NCBI RefSeq assembly: GCF_017876815.1 | Contig: NZ_JAGIOS010000001.1 | Location: 1,050,001 to 1,082,000 of the forward strand | Reading direction: 5' to 3' | Source of the DNA: Sinorhizobium meliloti | GTDB taxonomy: Bacteria > Pseudomonadota > Alphaproteobacteria > Rhizobiales > Rhizobiaceae | Length of the DNA: 32,000 nt | Shown here: positions 26,864-32,000 of the stretch, piece by piece | Layout of the letters: the number at the start of each line of letters is the position of its first letter | Numbering within the stretch: position 1 is the stretch's first letter | The notes under the pieces: generated by a model | What the model saw: the letters and a program-made list of their open reading frames with translations, nothing else | What the model was told of the DNA's origin: nothing | Database searches by the model: none | Position numbers and translations under genes: made by a program

Positions 26864-28029
26864 CAGGGGAATCGCATTTAGCAAATAAGCGGTTGTTTTG
26901 TTGCGGCAAATCGATTCTTGGAGTTCTCCGCTGACTTGGAGGTCTCGATGAGTAGATTTGCCGCTTGCTTTGAAGATTTGCCCGATCCGCGCGGTCGCAA
27001 TGCGCGCCATCCGTTGACGTCGATCCTGTTCATTGCCGTTGCGGCGATTGTCTGCGGTGCGGAAAGCTGTACCGATATGGCCGATTTCGGCGTTGCCAAG
27101 AAGAAATGGCTGAAGACAATCGTGCCGCTGCCCTATGGCATTCCCAGCCATGACACCTTCTCCACCGTCTTCCGCCATCTCGATCCGGATGCCTTTGACG
27201 CGGCCTTTCGCCGTCTCACGGCGAGCTTTGCGCAGGGTCTCGAAGGGGTGGTAGCGATCGATGGCAAGGCGGTGCGCGGTGCCTACCGGCGCGCCGCCAA
27301 GGCCACGCCACTCCACTTCGTCAATGTCTGGGCTGCCGGTCCCGGTCTGGTCATCGGCCAAAAGCTCGCGCCGGGCCGCAATGAGGTGCAAGGGGCTCTC
27401 GATGCGCTCGCGCTGCTGGCACTGGAGGGCTCTATCGTCACCGCCGATGCCCTGCATTGCCGGCCCGACACCGCCCGCGCCATCCTCGCTGCCGGCGGCG
27501 ATTATGCTCTGGCACTGAAGGCCAACCAGCCCGGCCTCTTGGCCCAGGCGCTCGCCCGCATCGAGGACGCCGACCACGTCGAGAGCATCCAGATTGCAGC
27601 CGAGACTGCCCATGACCGCACCGAGACACGCCGCGCCAGCGTTGTGGCTGTCGACGATATCAACTTTCCGGGCCTGCAGGCCATCGGCTGCGTCGAGACC
27701 ACAAGCCGTCATACCAACGGCCATTTGACCAGCCATGTCCGCTACTTCCTGCTCTCCACCACCATGTCGCCGAGCGCGCTGATCGAGGTTGTAAGAACCC
27801 ATTGGCAAATCGAAAACAAACTGCATTGGGTTCTGGATGTCCACTTCCGCGAGGACGCCGCCAGAAACCGCAAGGACAACGGCCCTCAGAACATTGCCTT
27901 CTTGCGCAAGATCGCTCTCAACCTCTTGCGATCTCACCCCGACAAGGCCTCCATCCGCCGGAAAATCAAAAAGGCGGGCTGGGATGACCAATTCCTCACT
28001 TCTCTTATCGCTCATATGCGATAGCCCTG
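26864..28029 (+). mobile_element. ISAs1-family insertion sequence (~1166 bp)
   Basis: Imperfect terminal inverted repeats caggggaatcgcat / atgcgatagccctg. A 10-bp direct repeat ccacaagggg flanks the element at 26854-26863 and 28030-28039. Single transposase ORF. The boundaries are uncertain by a few bp because the IS ends resemble the target. Confidence 0.8.
26948..28024 (+). CDS. ISAs1-family transposase (H-repeat-associated type)
   Basis: MSRFAACFEDLPDPRGRNARHPLTSILFIAVAAIVCGAESCTDMADFG and VRTHWQIENKLHWVLDVHFREDAARNRKDNGPQNIAFLRKIALNLL. GGAGG lies 6 nt upstream of the ATG at 26948. Confidence 0.9.
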   Translation: MSRFAACFEDLPDPRGRNARHPLTSILFIAVAAIVCGAESCTDMADFGVAKKKWLKTIVPLPYGIPSHDTFSTVFRHLDPDAFDAAFRRLTASFAQGLEGVVAIDGKAVRGAYRRAAKATPLHFVNVWAAGPGLVIGQKLAPGRNEVQGALDALALLALEGSIVTADALHCRPDTARAILAAGGDYALALKANQPGLLAQALARIEDADHVESIQIAAETAHDRTETRRASVVAVDDINFPGLQAIGCVETTSRHTNGHLTSHVRYFLLSTTMSPSALIEVVRTHWQIENKLHWVLDVHFREDAARNRKDNGPQNIAFLRKIALNLLRSHPDKASIRRKIKKAGWDDQFLTSLIAHMR

Positions 28030-28135
28030 CCACAAGGGGGAAGGGCTAGGCGCTTGCGGCTAGCGCTTTCCCATTTCGCAAGTTCGCGGATGACGCAAAG
28101 GCTGACTTTGGACCCGCGAGGTGCGGCAGAAGTAG

Positions 28136-28169
28136 CCCCTCCCCCTTGTGGGGAGGGGTTAGGGAGGGG
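28136..28169. repeat. REP/RIME-like palindromic unit (right, inverted copy)
   Basis: cccctcccccttgtggggaggggttagggagggg. It is an inverted copy of 26836-26869 and is internally hairpin-forming (cccctcccc/ggggagggg). Confidence 0.6.
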
Positions 28170-28193
28170 TCACATTACGGCAAATAAATCGAC

Positions 28194-29210
28194 TCAGCGC
28201 TTCGCCCAGAGCACCTTGAAGCGCGCATTGCGGCAGGTCTCGCCGATTTCCTTGAAGTTCTCCGTCAGGACCGGCTCATAGGGAAGTCCGCGATTGGCGA
28301 CGAGCATCAGCCGGCCGCCATGCTTCAGCGCCTTGGCGGCCGCCTTGATCATCGCCGCGCCGAGCGCAGGCTCGGCGGCATGGCCCTCGTGGAAGGGCGG
28401 GTTCATGACGATAAGGTCGTATTTGTCGCGCGTCTCTTCGGCCGTCAGGTCGTGCCAATAGAAACGGGCCGCCGTCGAAGGCGCATTCGCCGCCATGTTT
28501 GCCCGTGCCGCCTCCAGCGCTTCGAAATCCGCTTCGAACAGATCGATGCCCTTGAGGCTGGGCGAAGCCTCGGCAAGCTTGACCGAGAGATAGCCCCAGC
28601 CGGCGCCGAAATCCGCCGCGTGGCCGGTGAAATCGCGCGGCAGGCGCGACGCGAGCAGCTCCGAACCGGCATCGACGCGGTCATGCGAGAACATGCCGGG
28701 CGATGCCACGAACAGGCCGTGGACGCGCACCGGGACCTTGGCGAGCGCCGAGATGGCCTCGGCGGCGTCCTCGGGCCGCGTGAACCAGAAGGCGACGCCG
28801 TGATATTTCGGCATCGAGTCGCCATCCCAGCCGAACTTGTCGATCCTCTTGCGCAGCGACTGAATGCCGTCCTCCTTGCCGCCGGCGACTACGATCAGGG
28901 CACCGGCGCGGGTGCGTTCCAAAGCCTGTGCAATGCGGTCTTCGTTCTCGCCCTTGTGCCTGCCGCAGAGAACGAGGGCAGCGTCGTAGCCGTCGCCGGC
29001 CGCGACGGGCACCACATCGGCGCGAGCGGCCGTCAGCGCGCGGTAGAGCGGCTTGAGCGGCTGCACGGCGGAGACGTCCGCAGCAAAGCCTTCCGGCAGG
29101 CGGTAGCCCGCCTCGGCGCCGAGGAAGAGTACCCGCTCGCCCTCTCCCGGCGGATCGATGATCCCCATTGCGAAGGGATGGAACAGTGTTTTCAGCGCGT
29201 CGCGGCTCAT
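28194..29210 (-). CDS. Class I SAM-dependent methyltransferase, RsmC/RlmG-like (rRNA m2G type)
   Basis: 338 aa with the SAM-binding motif ADFGAGWGYLS and the catalytic VMNPPFHEG (NPPF) motif. Confidence 0.85.
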   Translation of the reverse strand: MSRDALKTLFHPFAMGIIDPPGEGERVLFLGAEAGYRLPEGFAADVSAVQPLKPLYRALTAARADVVPVAAGDGYDAALVLCGRHKGENEDRIAQALERTRAGALIVVAGGKEDGIQSLRKRIDKFGWDGDSMPKYHGVAFWFTRPEDAAEAISALAKVPVRVHGLFVASPGMFSHDRVDAGSELLASRLPRDFTGHAADFGAGWGYLSVKLAEASPSLKGIDLFEADFEALEAARANMAANAPSTAARFYWHDLTAEETRDKYDLIVMNPPFHEGHAAEPALGAAMIKAAAKALKHGGRLMLVANRGLPYEPVLTENFKEIGETCRNARFKVLWAKR

Positions 29211-29231
29211 GGTTCGATTCCGTTTCCGTCA

Positions 29232-29266
29232 CAAGAAAGGGCGCGAAGCGATCCGCTCCGCGCCCT
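29232..29266 (-). terminator. Putative terminator of pnp
   Basis: On the minus strand: 8-bp stem agggcgcg/cgcgccct (29238-29245 and 29259-29266), followed by TTTCTT. It lies 24 nt after the pnp stop. Confidence 0.5.
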
Positions 29267-29289
29267 GAATGGTTTCAGCCGAGGCCGGC

Positions 29290-31443
29290 TTACTCGGCGG
29301 CTTCGCCGCCGTCCTTCTTTTCGCTCTTCTCGGCAACGACTTCCTTGCCGGTCGCCTGGTCTACGACCTTCATGGAGAGACGAACCTTGCCGCGCTCGTC
29401 GAAGCCCATCAGCTTGACCCAGACCTTATCGCCTTCCTTGACGACGTCGGTGGTCTTGGCAACGCGCTCGGAAGCGAGCTGCGAGATGTGGACGAGGCCG
29501 TCGCGGGCGCCGAAGAAGTTGACGAAGGCGCCGAAATCGGCCGTCTTGACGACAGTGCCTTCATAGACCTGACCGACTTCCGGCTCGGCGACGATCGAGT
29601 GGATCCACTTGCGGGCGGCCTCGATCTCCTTGGCGGAAGCCGACGCAATCTTGACGGTGCCGTCGTCGTCGATATTGATCTTGGCGCCGGTCTTTTCGAC
29701 GATTTCGCGGATGACCTTGCCGCCCGAGCCGATGACTTCACGAATCTTGTCGACCGGAATGTTCATGACTTCGATGCGCGGTGCGAACTCGCCGAGCTGG
29801 CCGCGGCTCTCGGAGATGGCCTTGGCCATTTCGCCGAGAATGTGCAGGCGGCCTCCCTTGGCCTGGTTGAGGGCAACACCCATGATTTCTTCGGTGATGC
29901 CTTCGATCTTGATGTCCATCTGCAGCGAGGTGATGCCGGCATCCGTGCCCGCGACCTTGAAGTCCATATCGCCGAGGTGGTCTTCATCGCCGAGAATGTC
30001 GGAGAGGACGGCGAAACGGTCGTCTTCCTTGATGAGGCCCATGGCAATGCCGGCAACCGGCTTGGCGAGCGGAACGCCCGCGTCCATCAGTGCGAGCGAC
30101 GTGCCGCAGACGGTTGCCATGGAGGACGAACCGTTGGACTCGGTGATCTCGGAAACGACGCGCAGCGTGTAGGGGAACTGTTCCGCGGTCGGCAGCATCG
30201 GATGGATGGCGCGCCAGGCGAGCTTGCCGTGGCCGATTTCGCGGCGGCCCGGAGAACCCATGCGGCCGGTTTCACCGACCGAATAGGGCGGGAAGTTGTA
30301 ATGCAGCATGAAGTTTTCCTTGTACATGCCAGTCAAGGAATCGACATACTGCTCGTCTTCGCCGGTGCCGAGCGTGGCAACGACGATCGCCTGCGTTTCA
30401 CCGCGGGTAAAGAGCGCCGAACCGTGCGTGCGCGGCAGGATGCCGACTTCGGCGACGATCGGGCGAACCGTGACGAGGTCGCGGCCATCGATGCGGCTCT
30501 TCGTGTCGAGGATGTTCCAGCGAACGATCTTGGCCTGCAGGTGCTTGAAGACAGCGGCAATCTCTTCGGCGGTATGGGCCGGGTTCTCGACGCCTTCCGG
30601 CAGGAAATGCTCCTTGACCTTTGCCTTTACCGCATCGACGGCGGCATAGCGCGCGGCCTTCTCGGTGATCTTATAGGCGTTGCGCAGCTCGTCTTCGGCG
30701 ATCGAGAGCATCGCATTTTCGAGAGCGGAGTGATCTTCCGGATTGAATTCGCGCGGCTCCTTGGCGGCAACTTCCGCAAGCCTGATGACAGCGTCGATCA
30801 CCGGCTGGAAGCCCTTCTGGCCGAAAACGACGGCGCCGAGCATGACATCTTCCGGCAGCTCTTTCGCTTCCGATTCCACCATCAGCACCGCTTCCTGCGT
30901 GCCGGCGACGACGAGGTCGAGCGTGGATTCGTCCATTTCGTCGAGATGCGGGTTGAGAACGTATTCGCCGTTGATGTAGCCGACGCGGGCACCGCCGACC
31001 GGACCCATGAAGGGAACGCCGGAAAGCGTCAATGCAGCGGATGCCGCAACCATCGCGACGACGTCCGGGTTGTTCTCGAGGTCATGCTGCATGACCGTGA
31101 TGATGACCTGGGTGTCGTTCTTGTAGCCGTCCGGGAAGAGCGGACGGATCGGCCGGTCGATCAGACGCGACACCAGCGTCTCGTTTTCGCTGGGGCGGCC
31201 CTCACGCTTGAAATAGCCGCCGGGGATCTTGCCCGCAGCGTAGGTCTTTTCCTGATAGTTGACGGTGAGCGGGAAGAAATCCTGGCCTGGCTTCGGTGCC
31301 TTCGCCGAAACCACCGTGGCGAGCACGACGGTTTCGCCGTAGGTCGCGAGAACGGCACCATCGGCCTGACGCGCGATTTTTCCGGTTTCGAGCTTGAGCG
31401 GACGCCCAGCCCATTCGATTTCTACCTTGTGTGTCTCGAACAT
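29290..31443 (-). CDS. pnp: Polyribonucleotide nucleotidyltransferase (PNPase)
   Basis: 717 aa from [31 protein letters not shown]. Two RNase PH domains, a KH domain ([27 protein letters not shown]) and an S1 domain ([20 protein letters not shown]). Confidence 0.97.
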   Translation of the reverse strand: MFETHKVEIEWAGRPLKLETGKIARQADGAVLATYGETVVLATVVSAKAPKPGQDFFPLTVNYQEKTYAAGKIPGGYFKREGRPSENETLVSRLIDRPIRPLFPDGYKNDTQVIITVMQHDLENNPDVVAMVAASAALTLSGVPFMGPVGGARVGYINGEYVLNPHLDEMDESTLDLVVAGTQEAVLMVESEAKELPEDVMLGAVVFGQKGFQPVIDAVIRLAEVAAKEPREFNPEDHSALENAMLSIAEDELRNAYKITEKAARYAAVDAVKAKVKEHFLPEGVENPAHTAEEIAAVFKHLQAKIVRWNILDTKSRIDGRDLVTVRPIVAEVGILPRTHGSALFTRGETQAIVVATLGTGEDEQYVDSLTGMYKENFMLHYNFPPYSVGETGRMGSPGRREIGHGKLAWRAIHPMLPTAEQFPYTLRVVSEITESNGSSSMATVCGTSLALMDAGVPLAKPVAGIAMGLIKEDDRFAVLSDILGDEDHLGDMDFKVAGTDAGITSLQMDIKIEGITEEIMGVALNQAKGGRLHILGEMAKAISESRGQLGEFAPRIEVMNIPVDKIREVIGSGGKVIREIVEKTGAKINIDDDGTVKIASASAKEIEAARKWIHSIVAEPEVGQVYEGTVVKTADFGAFVNFFGARDGLVHISQLASERVAKTTDVVKEGDKVWVKLMGFDERGKVRLSMKVVDQATGKEVVAEKSEKKDGGEAAE

Positions 31444-31765
31444 GTTCTGTCCTTCGTGTGCGACAGACCTTCCGCGGCTCATAAAGCGCGGGCGATCTCA
31501 AAGCCGCCTGGTGGCGCATCACGGGCAAGACAACGGGAGGCTTCAAAGAAAACCGGCCGCATACCGCTTTGCCGCGCTGCGTATAGCAGCCGCTTCGGCA
31601 AGCAGGCGCCGAAGCATCCTGCAATCCTGCCCCATGACGGGCCATTGGTTGATCCGCGATCCCGGCCCACCCGGTCCGCTGGACGGTTGCGCGTCCGATA
31701 AGACGCGCGGCGCTGTGGCGCCCTTTACAATACCCTAGGCTTTTTGAAGAGCGCACGGGCTGCAG

Positions 31766-31801
31766 AAAAAAAGCCGGCGGGTTGCCGAGGCAACCCGCCG
31801 G
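31766..31801 (-). terminator. Rho-independent terminator/attenuator between rpsO and pnp
   Basis: On the minus strand: perfect 13-bp stem ccggcgggttgcc/ggcaacccgccgg, followed by TTTTTTT (complement of 31766-31772), 9 nt after the rpsO stop. Confidence 0.7.
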
Positions 31802-31810
31802 ACCAGTCGT

Positions 31811-32000
31811 TTAGCGACGGATGCCCAGGGCACCGATCAGCTTGGTGTAGCGCGCCTCGTCCTTCTTCTTCAGATAGTCGAGGAGCGACCGCCGGCTGGA
31901 AACCAGCGCGAGGAGGCCACGTCGGGAGTGATTGTCCTTCTTGTGGTCCTTGAAGTGTTCGGTCAGGTTGTTGATCCGTTCCGTCAGGATAGCAACCTGA
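31811..32000 (-). CDS. rpsO: 30S ribosomal protein S15 (5' end beyond the window)
   Basis: The minus-strand translation ends ...[44 protein letters not shown], with the stop at 31811-31813. Confidence 0.9.
   Translation of the reverse strand, partial: QVAILTERINNLTEHFKDHKKDNHSRRGLLALVSSRRSLLDYLKKKDEARYTKLIGALGIRR

Noticed and set aside
29269-31701. 810-aa ORF on the plus strand
   Set aside because: It is antisense to pnp, gives a low-complexity translation, and matches no recognisable domain.

Overview
High-GC alphaproteobacterial chromosome; from memory, the gene order and protein sequences look like Sinorhizobium/Ensifer or Rhizobium. The core backbone runs: hydroxyacid dehydrogenase, Cache/HAMP class III nucleotidyl cyclase, tRNA-Leu(CAG), BA14K protein, two hypothetical genes, rpsA-cmk-aroA (minus strand), a TIGR02300 protein, tRNA-Ala(GGC), then a DUF218/YdcF-like gene (frameshifted), a TRIC/UPF0126 channel, irr, fabA-fabB-fabI, an RsmC-like methyltransferase, pnp and rpsO (partial). 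Three different insertion sequences interrupt this backbone, and each has recognisable ends and flanking duplications: IS701 family at 6721-8142, IS21 family at 14616-17213, and ISAs1 family at 26864-28029. The main accessory region is an ~8.2 kb island (13405-21610) inserted in the 3' end of tRNA-Ala and bounded by a perfect 24-bp direct repeat. It carries a tyrosine integrase, a SIR2-like (DUF4917-type) protein, a small serine recombinase with a res-like site, an orphan two-TM protein, and a ParB/Srx-HTH gene split by the IS21. The best candidate for an undescribed system is the island cargo: the stand-alone SIR2-like putative NADase, and possibly the ParB-like plus 2-TM pair. Symmetric tandem 13-mers flanking the att core look like integrase arm sites. 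All calls come from reading the sequence and the ORF translations; no searches were run.
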